DNA of 64,000 nucleotides from Acutalibacteraceae bacterium (GTDB lineage Bacteria; Bacillota; Clostridia; Oscillospirales; Acutalibacteraceae). The stretch lies in NCBI GenBank assembly GCA_045647065.1, contig JAZRLY010000029.1, positions 2,548 through 66,547 of the forward strand, in the 5' to 3' direction. The notes beneath the pieces are model-generated. The model was not told the origin of the DNA, searched no databases, and saw only the letters and a list, made by a program, of their open reading frames with translations. Positions within the stretch are counted from its first letter, which is position 1, and each line of letters starts with the position of its first letter. Made by a program: the position numbers and the translations under genes. Below, in pieces: positions 49,162-57,969 of this stretch.

Positions 49162-51378
49162 ATGGAAATTAAAATTGCGCTGGCGGGCAACCCCAACAGC
49201 GGCAAAACAACTCTTTTCAATGCACTGACAGGTTCGAATCAGTATGTCGGCAACTGGCCGGGTGTAACCGTTGAAAAGAAAGAGGGTAAGCTCAAAAAGC
49301 AGGAAGGTGTTATCGTTACCGATCTTCCCGGCATTTATTCGCTCTCGCCATATACCCTTGAAGAGGTCGTTGCGCGTAATTATCTCATCGGTGAAAGACC
49401 CGATGCGATTCTCAACATCATCGACGGCACAAACCTTGAGAGAAATCTTTATCTCACAACTCAGCTTATCGAGCTTGGAATTCCCGTTGTCGGTGCGATA
49501 AATATGATGGATATCGTCAGAAAAAGCGGCGATAAAATCGATACAGAAGAAATCGGCAAAGCGCTCGGATGCAAGATATTTGAAATTTCCGCACTCAAGG
49601 GAACGGGTATCGACGAAGCAATTGATGCGGCGATAGAGGCTGCAAAGTCAGATAAAAGAGAGCACCGCCACATTTTTTCCGGCCCCGTTGAGCACGCTCT
49701 TGCTCATATTGAGGAGGCTGCGGTTCACGATATGCCGCTTGAACAGCAGAGATGGTATGCTGTCAAAATTTTTGAGCGTGACCCCAAAGTGCTTGAACAG
49801 CTTAATCTTGACAGTAAGCTCCTTGCTCACATCGAAGAAGATATCAAGGATGTTGAACTTGAAATGGATGATGATGCCGAGAGTATTATCATCAATGAAA
49901 GATATAATTATATAACCGACCGTGCGATGAGAAACAGCAAGAAAAAGCACGCGGGCAGGCTTTCGGTTTCGGATAAGATTGATATGATAGCAACCAACAG
50001 AATTCTCGCGCTTCCGTTTTTTGCTCTTGTTATGTGGCTTGTTTATACCCTTTCAATCGGTACGGTTGGTGACTGGACGGTCAATTTTATGAACGACGGA
50101 CTTTTCGGATCATTCAAAAATCTTGACCCCTCGTTCTTCGGATATTCAGTGCTCCAGCACATCCCGAGCATTCCCGAACTTCTTGATAAAGTCCTTCTCG
50201 GTGCAGACGGAACTCCCGTTATCGCGGGCTGGCTTTACAGTCTTATTATGGACGGAATTGTCGGCGGTGTCGGTGCGGTTCTCGGTTTTGTTCCTCAGAT
50301 GCTTGTTCTCTTTTTCCTTCTCTCAATTCTTGAGGATTGTGGATATATGAGTCGAGTTGCTTTTATTATGGACAGAATTTTTCGCCGTTTTGGTCTTTCG
50401 GGCAAAAGCTTCATTCCCATTCTGGTTGCATCGGGATGCGGTGTTCCGGGAATTATGGCTTCGCGTACGATTGAAAACGAGCGTGACAGAAGAATAACAA
50501 TTATGACAACGGGCTTTATTCCCTGCGGTGCAAAGATGCCGATAGTCGGTCTTATTTCCGCTTCGCTTTTTGGAAGAAAGGCATGGGTTGCTGTTGCGGC
50601 GTATTTTATCGGAATTGCAGCTGTTATTATTTCGGGCATTATTCTCAAAAAATTCAAGTCGCTTGCAAGTGAGCCCACTCCTTTTGTTATGGAGCTTCCC
50701 GCTTATCACGCACCTCTTGCAAAGAATGTCCTCCGAACAACCTGGGAAAGAGGCTGGAGTTTCATCAAGCGTGCGGGTACGGTTATTTTTGCTGCAAGCG
50801 TTATTATCTGGATTCTCAACAGCCTTTCGTTTGAGGGCAGACTTCACTATATCGGTGACGGCGATGCAAAGTCAATTCTTAATGCACTCGGAGGAATTAT
50901 TGCCAACCTCTTTATTCCTCTCGGTTTTGACAGCTGGCAGGCAGCGGTTGCGACCGTTCTTGGTCTTGTCGCCAAGGAAGAAGTTGTCGGCGTGTTTGGT
51001 TCGCTTTCATCAATGGCAAATGCAGACCTCGCTTTTGAAATGATTGAGTCGGGCGAAGGCTCTCTTGCAATCATCGGTCAGGAATTCTTCGGTGGCAACC
51101 CCTTCAGCGCATTCTCGTTTATGGTGTTCAACCTTCTTTGTGCCCCTTGCTTTGCGGCTATGGGTGCAATCAGAAAAGAGATGAACAGCGGCAAATGGAC
51201 TGCAGCAGCGATTGGTTATATGACTGTTTTTGCTTATGCCGTTTCGCTTATGTTTTATCAGTTCGGAATGTTTTTCAGCGGTGCAGGATTTACACTCGGC
51301 ACAGCGGCGGCAATTGCAGTGCTTGTGGTGTTCATCTACTTTATTTTCAGAAAAAACAAGTACATAAAGACAAAATAA
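49162..51378 (+). CDS. feoB: Ferrous iron transport protein B
   Basis: GNPNSGKT, GNWPGVTVE, DLPGIYSL; membrane gate domains. Confidence 0.95.
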   Translation: MEIKIALAGNPNSGKTTLFNALTGSNQYVGNWPGVTVEKKEGKLKKQEGVIVTDLPGIYSLSPYTLEEVVARNYLIGERPDAILNIIDGTNLERNLYLTTQLIELGIPVVGAINMMDIVRKSGDKIDTEEIGKALGCKIFEISALKGTGIDEAIDAAIEAAKSDKREHRHIFSGPVEHALAHIEEAAVHDMPLEQQRWYAVKIFERDPKVLEQLNLDSKLLAHIEEDIKDVELEMDDDAESIIINERYNYITDRAMRNSKKKHAGRLSVSDKIDMIATNRILALPFFALVMWLVYTLSIGTVGDWTVNFMNDGLFGSFKNLDPSFFGYSVLQHIPSIPELLDKVLLGADGTPVIAGWLYSLIMDGIVGGVGAVLGFVPQMLVLFFLLSILEDCGYMSRVAFIMDRIFRRFGLSGKSFIPILVASGCGVPGIMASRTIENERDRRITIMTTGFIPCGAKMPIVGLISASLFGRKAWVAVAAYFIGIAAVIISGIILKKFKSLASEPTPFVMELPAYHAPLAKNVLRTTWERGWSFIKRAGTVIFAASVIIWILNSLSFEGRLHYIGDGDAKSILNALGGIIANLFIPLGFDSWQAAVATVLGLVAKEEVVGVFGSLSSMANADLAFEMIESGEGSLAIIGQEFFGGNPFSAFSFMVFNLLCAPCFAAMGAIRKEMNSGKWTAAAIGYMTVFAYAVSLMFYQFGMFFSGAGFTLGTAAAIAVLVVFIYFIFRKNKYIKTK

Positions 51379-51393
51379 AAAGGAGTGAAAAGT

Positions 51394-51555
51394 GTGAATT
51401 TTGCAACTTTTGCGGTTGCGGCAGTAATTGCCGTTATCTTCTTTGCAATCATCATCACGTCAGTCAGAAACCGTAAAAAGGGCAAGAATTCGTGCTCTTG
51501 CTCTGGCGGTTGCAGTGGTTGTAAAGGCTGCGATTTTCAAAAAGATATACAATAA
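51394..51555 (+). CDS. FeoB-associated Cys-rich small membrane protein (53 aa)
   Basis: Below the ORF-track cutoff. AAGGAG RBS, GTG start; MNFATFAVAAVIAVIFFAIIITSVRNRKKGKNSCSCSGGCSGCKGCDFQKDIQ. Confidence 0.85.
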   Translation: MNFATFAVAAVIAVIFFAIIITSVRNRKKGKNSCSCSGGCSGCKGCDFQKDIQ

Positions 51556-51561
51556 AATAAT

Positions 51562-51597
51562 AATCCCCGTCAAAACGGAATCGTTTTGACGGGGATT
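51562..51597. terminator. Bidirectional terminator between the feo operon and the plsR-like gene
   Basis: Perfect 16-bp stem AATCCCCGTCAAAACG/CGTTTTGACGGGGATT. Confidence 0.85.
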
Positions 51598-51605
51598 CAT
51601 TTATT

Positions 51606-52901
51606 TTAGTGATGGTTTGAACAGCAGGAGCAGTTGCCGGTGCAGCCTGAATTTTCTTTTGCAATGGCAAGCATAAGCTTGATTCTGTTTTCCTGGTTAA
51701 CCTTGGTTGCGCCGGGGTCATAGTCGATGGGAACAATATTTGACTGCGGATACATTTCTTTGAGCTTTCTGATCATACCCTTACCAACGATGTGATTGGG
51801 CAGGCATCCGAAAGGCTGTGCGCAGACGATGTTGCCGTAACCGCTCTCGATAAGTTCCATCATTTCGGCGGTAAGAAGCCAGCCTTCGCCCATCTTGCAT
51901 CCGGGTCCGATAATCTTGGTGCAGATTTCCTTGATGTGCGCATAGGGTGCGGGCACATTGAAATCACCGTATGCCTTTGCTGCATCAAGAAGATTCTTTT
52001 CAATCTTTGAAAGATACCACATCGCAAATCTCATTGCGATTTTCTTGAAGGGGTTGCCTCCGTAAAGCTTGATATCCTCAAGTCGGTTGTCGACCTTGAA
52101 GTTGATGAATCCGAGAAGTCCGGGCACCATAACCTCGCAGTCCTGACCGAAAAGGAATTCTTCAAGGTGGTTGTTGGCAAGCGGTGAATACTTAACATAA
52201 ATTTCGCCTACAACGCCAACTTTCGTTTTGGATATGCTCTTATCAAGAGGAATTTTCGAGAAGCTCTCGGTGATTTTCGGGAGAGTCTTTTTGATTTCAA
52301 AGAATGAATATCCTTTGCCTCTCTGCATCTCTGCACTCAACTCGTCAATCCATTTCTGAGTGAGTTTTGCGGCATCGCCTTTGTTGACTTCGTAAGGCTC
52401 GATCTGATTTTTCAGAAGCATAATCAGGTCGCCGTAGATAACTGCGGAGAGCATCTTGAGAGCCATTGAAAGGCGGATTTTAAAGCCGCTGTTTTTCTCA
52501 AGACCCGAAAGGTTGAGCGAGATAACGGGCACCTGCGGATAACCCGCTTTCTTAAGCGCTTTTCTGAGAAGATGAATGTAGTTTGATGCTCTGCATCCGC
52601 CGCCTGACTGAGTGATGAGCAGAGCGGTTTTGTCGGGATTATATTTGCCTGAGTTAAGTGCATCTATAAGCTGACCGATAACAAGCAGAGCAGGGTAGCA
52701 AGTGTCGTTGTGAACATATTTGAGACCCTCGTCAACAACTGTTCTGCCGTCGTTTTTAAGAAGTTCTGCTTTGTAGCCGTACTGACCGAAAATGTTTATG
52801 AGGAGGTTGAAATGGATTTCAAGCATATTTGGTGCAAGAATGGTGTAATCCATCATATCTTTGGTAAATTCAACTCTGTCCTCAATAATTTTTTTGCTCA
52901 T
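51606..52901 (-). CDS. plsR: 2-hydroxyacyl-CoA dehydratase/reductase-like subunit; PlsR-like plasmalogen synthase component
   Basis: HNDTCYPA, QSGGGCRASNY, GEIYVK, GEGWLL, QPFGCLPNH; immediately downstream of the PlsA-like gene. Confidence 0.65.
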   Translation of the reverse strand: MSKKIIEDRVEFTKDMMDYTILAPNMLEIHFNLLINIFGQYGYKAELLKNDGRTVVDEGLKYVHNDTCYPALLVIGQLIDALNSGKYNPDKTALLITQSGGGCRASNYIHLLRKALKKAGYPQVPVISLNLSGLEKNSGFKIRLSMALKMLSAVIYGDLIMLLKNQIEPYEVNKGDAAKLTQKWIDELSAEMQRGKGYSFFEIKKTLPKITESFSKIPLDKSISKTKVGVVGEIYVKYSPLANNHLEEFLFGQDCEVMVPGLLGFINFKVDNRLEDIKLYGGNPFKKIAMRFAMWYLSKIEKNLLDAAKAYGDFNVPAPYAHIKEICTKIIGPGCKMGEGWLLTAEMMELIESGYGNIVCAQPFGCLPNHIVGKGMIRKLKEMYPQSNIVPIDYDPGATKVNQENRIKLMLAIAKENSGCTGNCSCCSNHH

Positions 52902-52913
52902 AATTGCACCTCC

Positions 52914-55817
52914 TTATCTTCCTGTTGCGGCAAACAGACTGCGGAGTCTGATTTTAACCGCGCCGGGGTTTGAAATTTCATCAATTTTAATCTGTGTATA
53001 AATCTTACCGTCTTTTTCAAGGATTGTTCTCATTTCGTCTGTTGTGATTGCGTCAACGCCGCAGCCGAACGAAACGAGCTGAACAATGTTGAGATCCTTA
53101 TCATTCTTCTTTGCAACATATTTTGCCGCTGCATAGAGTCTTGAATGATATGTCCACTGATTGAGAACTGTTGTGGGGAACTTCTCAACAAGGGGGCTTA
53201 CACTGTCCTCGGTGATGACGGTTGCACCGCATTCGCAGATGAGCTTATCGATTCCGTGGTTGATTTCCTCGTCAAGGTGATAAGGTCTGCCGCAAAGAAC
53301 AATAACAGGTCTGTCGGCTTTCTTTGCTTTTTCAAAGTATTCCATACCCTTGACATGGATTTTATTCATGAATTCGTTGTATTCGGCATAAGCCTTGTCT
53401 GCCGCCGCTTTGACTTCGGATTTGGAAATTCCGCTGAAATGTGCGCTGAGAATACCGTGAATTTTCTTTGCAAAATCCTTGGGTCTGTGCAGACCGACGT
53501 AATCCCACATAAAGTTGATTTTCTTAAGATCGCTTACGTTTGAACGGATAACTTCGGGATAATAAGCAACAACAGGGCAGTTGTAGTGGTTGTCACCGAG
53601 ATTTTCATTGAGGTTATATGTCATACAGGGATAGAAAATGTTTTTCACATCCTGCGCAATAAGCGATTCGATATGACCGTGAAGAATCTTTGCAGGGTAG
53701 CAGACGGTATCCGAAGGGATTGTGTGCTGACCCGAAACGTAAAGGTCTCTCGTTGATTTTTCAGAGAGGGCAATTCCGAATCCGAGAGTTGTGAAGAAGG
53801 TGTGCCAGAAGGGGAGAAGCTCAAACATATTCAGTCCCATCGGCAGACCGATTGTTTCTCTCTTACCCTTAACGGGTGCATATTTTGAAAGAAGCTCTCG
53901 CTTATAATCAAACATATTGTCGCCTGCCTGGATATTGGCTTTTGCAAGAGGCTTACTGCATCTGTTGCCGCCGATGAAACTTCTGCCCGAGGAGAAGGTG
54001 TTGACGGTCAGACGGCAGTTGTTGCTGCACTTTCCGCAAGTGACAGCCTTAACCTTGTGTTCAAAGCTTTCAAGCTCTTTTGCGGAGATAAGAGTGCTTT
54101 TTGAGGTTGCTCTTTCCATTGAGTAGAGAGCCGCGCCGTAAGCACCCATAATACCGGAGATAGCGGGACGAACAACATTTCTGCCGATTTCCTGCTCGAA
54201 TGCACGAAGTACAGCATCGTTGAGGAAAGTACCGCCTTGGACAACTATGTTCTTACCGAGTTCGTCGGCACTTGATGCTCTGATAACCTTATAGAGCGCA
54301 TTCTTGACAACGCTGATCGAAAGACCTGCGGAAATATTTTCGATTGTTGCGCCGTCTTTCTGTGCCTGCTTAACGGATGAATTCATAAACACGGTGCAGC
54401 GTGAGCCGAGGTCAACGGGTCTGTCTGCAAAAAGACCGAGCTTTGAGAACTGCTCAATTCCGTAACCCCAGGCAGCAGCGAATGTCTGAAGGAAAGAGCC
54501 GCAGCCTGAAGAGCAGGCTTCATTGAGGAAAATGTTATCGATTGCATTGTTTCTTATTTTGAAGCACTTGATGTCCTGACCGCCGATATCAATGATGAAA
54601 TCGACATCGGGCTTGAATTTCTTTGCTGCTGTGAAATGTGCAACAGTTTCAACAAGACCGAAATCAACTGCAAATGCATTTTTGATTATGTCTTCGCCGT
54701 AACCCGTAACCGCACTCGATGCAACAACTGCATCGGGAAATTCTTCATAAAATTCAACAAGGAATTTCTTGATGAGTGAAACGGGATCGCCGCTGTTGGG
54801 CATATATCTGCTTGTAACGATTTCGCCGTTTTTATTGATAACAGCCGCTTTGACGGTTGTTGAACCTGCGTCAATGCCGATGTAAACCTCTTCGCCCTTT
54901 TGAATTGCAACATCGGTTTTAACTGTGTTCTTTGCGTGGCGCGCGGCAAATTCGTCATATTCTTTTTCGTTTACAAAAAGAGGAGTTGCGCCGAGATATT
55001 CGCCGCTTTCCTTCGCATTTGCAATTTTTTTGGTGACATCCTTCATGTCGAGTATTGTGCCTTCGGATGAATATGCTGCACCGAGAGCAACGAAATAAAG
55101 TCCGTTTTCGGGGCAAATGCCTGTAACTCCCAGACCTTTATCGAATGCCTTGCGAAGCTCCGAAAGGAAGTAAAGAGGGCCGCCGAGGTAAACAACATTG
55201 CCCTCAATCTTTCTGCCTTGAGAAAGACCTGCAACAGTCTGATTGACAACCGCTGTAAAAATACTTGCGGCAATGTCGTTTTTTCTTGCGCCCTGATTGA
55301 GAAGGGGCTGAATATCCGATTTCGCAAAAACACCGCATCTTGATGCGATTGAATAAATTTTTTCGTGGCTTTCTGCAAGCGTGTTCATTTCCGTCGGATC
55401 AACGCCGAGAAGCGATGCCATCTGGTCAATGAATGCACCCGTGCCGCCCGCGCAAGAGCCGTTCATACGAACCTCAACTCCGCCGGTGAAAAAGAGGATT
55501 TTTGCATCCTCGCCGCCAAGCTCGATAACTGCATCTGTGCCGGGAAGAAGACGGGAAACGCTGACTCTAGATGCATAAACTTCCTGCACGAATTCAAGAC
55601 CCAGTGCAGTTGCAAAGCCCATACCCGCGGAGCCTGAAACGGTCAGTGAGGATTTCTCAAACTGAGGATGTTTGCTGATGATTTCCGAAAGCATTGCAGC
55701 GCTTTTTTCTGCGATTTTTGAATAGTGGCGCTCGTATGCTTTGTAAACTATGTTGTTATTATCGTCGATTGCAACGCACTTGAGAGTGGTTGAGCCGACA
55801 TCCATACCTATTCTCAT
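52914..55817 (-). CDS. plsA: Tandem BadF/BcrAD-type activase domains plus reductase-like domain; PlsA-like plasmalogen synthase
   Basis: Two ASKHA activator modules (DVGSTT...ELGGEDAK...SCAGGTG...SRCGVFAKS; DAGSTT...DIGGQDIK...ACSSGCG...SRCTVF) and a C-terminal DTVCYPAK/SFGCG domain. Confidence 0.68.
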   Translation of the reverse strand: MRIGMDVGSTTLKCVAIDDNNNIVYKAYERHYSKIAEKSAAMLSEIISKHPQFEKSSLTVSGSAGMGFATALGLEFVQEVYASRVSVSRLLPGTDAVIELGGEDAKILFFTGGVEVRMNGSCAGGTGAFIDQMASLLGVDPTEMNTLAESHEKIYSIASRCGVFAKSDIQPLLNQGARKNDIAASIFTAVVNQTVAGLSQGRKIEGNVVYLGGPLYFLSELRKAFDKGLGVTGICPENGLYFVALGAAYSSEGTILDMKDVTKKIANAKESGEYLGATPLFVNEKEYDEFAARHAKNTVKTDVAIQKGEEVYIGIDAGSTTVKAAVINKNGEIVTSRYMPNSGDPVSLIKKFLVEFYEEFPDAVVASSAVTGYGEDIIKNAFAVDFGLVETVAHFTAAKKFKPDVDFIIDIGGQDIKCFKIRNNAIDNIFLNEACSSGCGSFLQTFAAAWGYGIEQFSKLGLFADRPVDLGSRCTVFMNSSVKQAQKDGATIENISAGLSISVVKNALYKVIRASSADELGKNIVVQGGTFLNDAVLRAFEQEIGRNVVRPAISGIMGAYGAALYSMERATSKSTLISAKELESFEHKVKAVTCGKCSNNCRLTVNTFSSGRSFIGGNRCSKPLAKANIQAGDNMFDYKRELLSKYAPVKGKRETIGLPMGLNMFELLPFWHTFFTTLGFGIALSEKSTRDLYVSGQHTIPSDTVCYPAKILHGHIESLIAQDVKNIFYPCMTYNLNENLGDNHYNCPVVAYYPEVIRSNVSDLKKINFMWDYVGLHRPKDFAKKIHGILSAHFSGISKSEVKAAADKAYAEYNEFMNKIHVKGMEYFEKAKKADRPVIVLCGRPYHLDEEINHGIDKLICECGATVITEDSVSPLVEKFPTTVLNQWTYHSRLYAAAKYVAKKNDKDLNIVQLVSFGCGVDAITTDEMRTILEKDGKIYTQIKIDEISNPGAVKIRLRSLFAATGR

Positions 55818-55835
55818 TTCTTCTCTCCTGATTAG

Positions 55836-56459
55836 TTAAGCATGTTTAAGGTTTTCTTCTTCGTTGTTGAGATTTTCGAGCATAAGACGCTCAACCTCTC
55901 TGCGAAGCTTGTCGTTTGCTTCTTCAACAGTCATATCGCCGACCTTGAAAGGTTCGCCGTAACGGATTGTCAGATTTTTACTGCGAAATTTGTAGTCTCC
56001 TGTCAGACCGAAGGGAACTATGTATGAATCGGTTTTCTTTGCCATTGAAACAGCACCTGTCTTAAAGCGGAGAAGGAAATCGTCTGTTTTGTTTCTTGTT
56101 CCTTCAGGGAAGATACCGATTGCGCCTTCTTTTTTCAGAACTTTCATTGCTGACATGGCACTCGAAAAGTCTTTTCTTGAACGGTCAACGGGGATGCATC
56201 CCACAGCTCTGAAAAGGGGAGCGAGCCAACCGTCAAAATATTCTTTTTTTGCCATATAATGAATGACTCTTTTGGTTGCCATTATTGTTAAGCATTGGTC
56301 GTAAACGTGTTTATGATTGCCGGCGATAACAATTGAACAGTCATCGGGAATCTTTTCCGCACCGATGATTTCGGGCGAATAATAAAGCTTGAATGCTGCT
56401 CTCATCAGAGGTGTGAGAAGTTTATAACCAAGCTCTCTTTCCTCGGGTTTTTTTCTCAT
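55836..56459 (-). CDS. plsC: 1-acyl-sn-glycerol-3-phosphate acyltransferase family protein
   Basis: NHKHVYD (NHxxxxD), MAKKE, IFPEGTR. Confidence 0.85.
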   Translation of the reverse strand: MRKKPEERELGYKLLTPLMRAAFKLYYSPEIIGAEKIPDDCSIVIAGNHKHVYDQCLTIMATKRVIHYMAKKEYFDGWLAPLFRAVGCIPVDRSRKDFSSAMSAMKVLKKEGAIGIFPEGTRNKTDDFLLRFKTGAVSMAKKTDSYIVPFGLTGDYKFRSKNLTIRYGEPFKVGDMTVEEANDKLRREVERLMLENLNNEEENLKHA

Positions 56460-57040
56460 TTTTTAATTTTCTCCTTTTTAAGTTCATCAGATACGATTTT
56501 CATAAGTCTTTCGTTTGCTTCTTCAAGGTTTGTGTCGGGCTTCAAAGGCTCAAAGAATCTGATTTTGACGCTTCTTTCGAATGCCTTGTATTTTCCTGTA
56601 ATTACAAACGGCACAATGTCTGTTTTTGCATCGCGTGACATTTTAACTGCGCCGAATTTGAACGGCATAATGATGTCATCGGTTCTGTTGATTGTGCCTT
56701 CAGGAAAAATGCCGATAAGTTTTTCATCGTTGAGGGTTGTAATTGCGGATTCGAATGCGGCCTTGTCTTTTGTTCTTCTGTTGACGGGAATAATGCCAAG
56801 TCCTTTGAAAATTATTTTTAAAGGGCCTTTCATAAGCTCGTCTTTCGCAAGGAAATGAACGCATCTTTTTGTGGCGCATCCGACGAGAATGCAGTCGAGA
56901 TAATTTGTGTGGTTGCCTGCAAGAATGATTCTTCCGCTTTCGGGAATATAACGCTTTCCGACGATTGTCGGTTTAAAAATTGCCTTGAAAGCGGCTCCGA
57001 GCGGACGCCTGATAAACCTGTAGAACATAGGTTCTTTCAT
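56456..57040 (-). CDS. plsC: 1-acyl-sn-glycerol-3-phosphate acyltransferase family protein, tandem paralog (start revised to ATG 57040)
   Basis: NHTNYLD, FLAKDEL, IFPEGT. Confidence 0.85.
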   Translation of the reverse strand: MKEPMFYRFIRRPLGAAFKAIFKPTIVGKRYIPESGRIILAGNHTNYLDCILVGCATKRCVHFLAKDELMKGPLKIIFKGLGIIPVNRRTKDKAAFESAITTLNDEKLIGIFPEGTINRTDDIIMPFKFGAVKMSRDAKTDIVPFVITGKYKAFERSVKIRFFEPLKPDTNLEEANERLMKIVSDELKKEKIKK

Positions 57041-57110
57041 CTTTTTATCCTCCGTTTTGGTAATATTATACAAATTTTGAATTGGATTTTTGAAACTAAA
57101 GCCTCCATAT

Positions 57111-57147
57111 AAAAAAAAGAACCGCCGCAGAAAGCGACGGTTCTTTT
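57111..57147 (-). terminator. Terminator after the ECF sigma/small ORF pair
   Basis: AAAAGAACCGTCGC/GCGGCGGTTCTTTT stem and T8 run on the minus strand. Confidence 0.8.
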
Positions 57148-57172
57148 ACAAATCAAGGAGATAGGAAATGAT

Positions 57173-57352
57173 TCAGAAATTTTCAGTTGACTTTTCTTTA
57201 ATGACTGCGGTTATTTTGTATTTGCCTGCTCTGATTTTTTTCATCGTGCTGTATCGGGCGCAGTTTGTGATGATTTGCTGTTTGACCGAATTATCAACAT
57301 CAATGCAGTTCATAATTCTTTTGTATTCATTAATGTGGTTACTCGTTTTCAT
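57173..57352 (-). CDS. 59-aa basic protein overlapping the ECF sigma stop; putative minimal anti-sigma factor
   Basis: Below the ORF-track cutoff. GAAAGGA RBS; MKTSNHINEYKRIMNCIDVDNSVKQQIITNCARYSTMKKIRAGKYKITAVIKEKSTENF. Confidence 0.65.
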   Translation of the reverse strand: MKTSNHINEYKRIMNCIDVDNSVKQQIITNCARYSTMKKIRAGKYKITAVIKEKSTENF

Positions 57353-57848
57353 TCAAATCATTCCTTTCAAACTCTTTTTTCAACAGTTTACGTCCGTACT
57401 GAAGACGCTTGCGCACTGTTACGGGTGATGTGTTGGTGATATCGGCAATTTCATTTGCCTTGTAGCCTTCGATATAATACAAATCAAGCACGATTTTGTA
57501 CTTTGTAGGCAGATGCATTATCAATTCAAAAAGATCTTTGTCTGCATCTCTGATGCCGATGCCTTTCAGATCATCAAGATTTTCAACAGCATGGCGTGCA
57601 TTGAAGCGACACATATTTTTGCTGATGTTGGTTGCAACTTTTATCAGCCAGGCTTTTTCGTGGTCGGAATCTTTGAAAAGCGGTGCCTTGAGCATATATT
57701 TCAAGAAGGTTTCCTGGAGAGCATCTTCAGCATCATATTTATTATTAAGAATGCTGTAACAAATGCGAAAAAGCATCTGACTGTATTTTTCAACCGCATA
57801 TTCAATATGCCGTAATTCATCATTATATTGAGCGGTTACCGCACACAC
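57339..57848 (-). CDS. ECF-type RNA polymerase sigma factor
   Basis: DAEDALQETF, EKAWLIKVATN (region 2); LYYIEGY..EIA..TVRKRL (region 4). Confidence 0.9.
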   Translation of the reverse strand: MCAVTAQYNDELRHIEYAVEKYSQMLFRICYSILNNKYDAEDALQETFLKYMLKAPLFKDSDHEKAWLIKVATNISKNMCRFNARHAVENLDDLKGIGIRDADKDLFELIMHLPTKYKIVLDLYYIEGYKANEIADITNTSPVTVRKRLQYGRKLLKKEFERNDLNENE

Positions 57849-57969
57849 AGAAACCCCTCCTTCCGATAATATTTGATATTATCCCTATAAATAAAACACT
57901 TGTAATCGACAAAATGTGATATTTAAATTGTGAACTTTTTGTAAACTTATACTTTTTTGAAAAATATAA

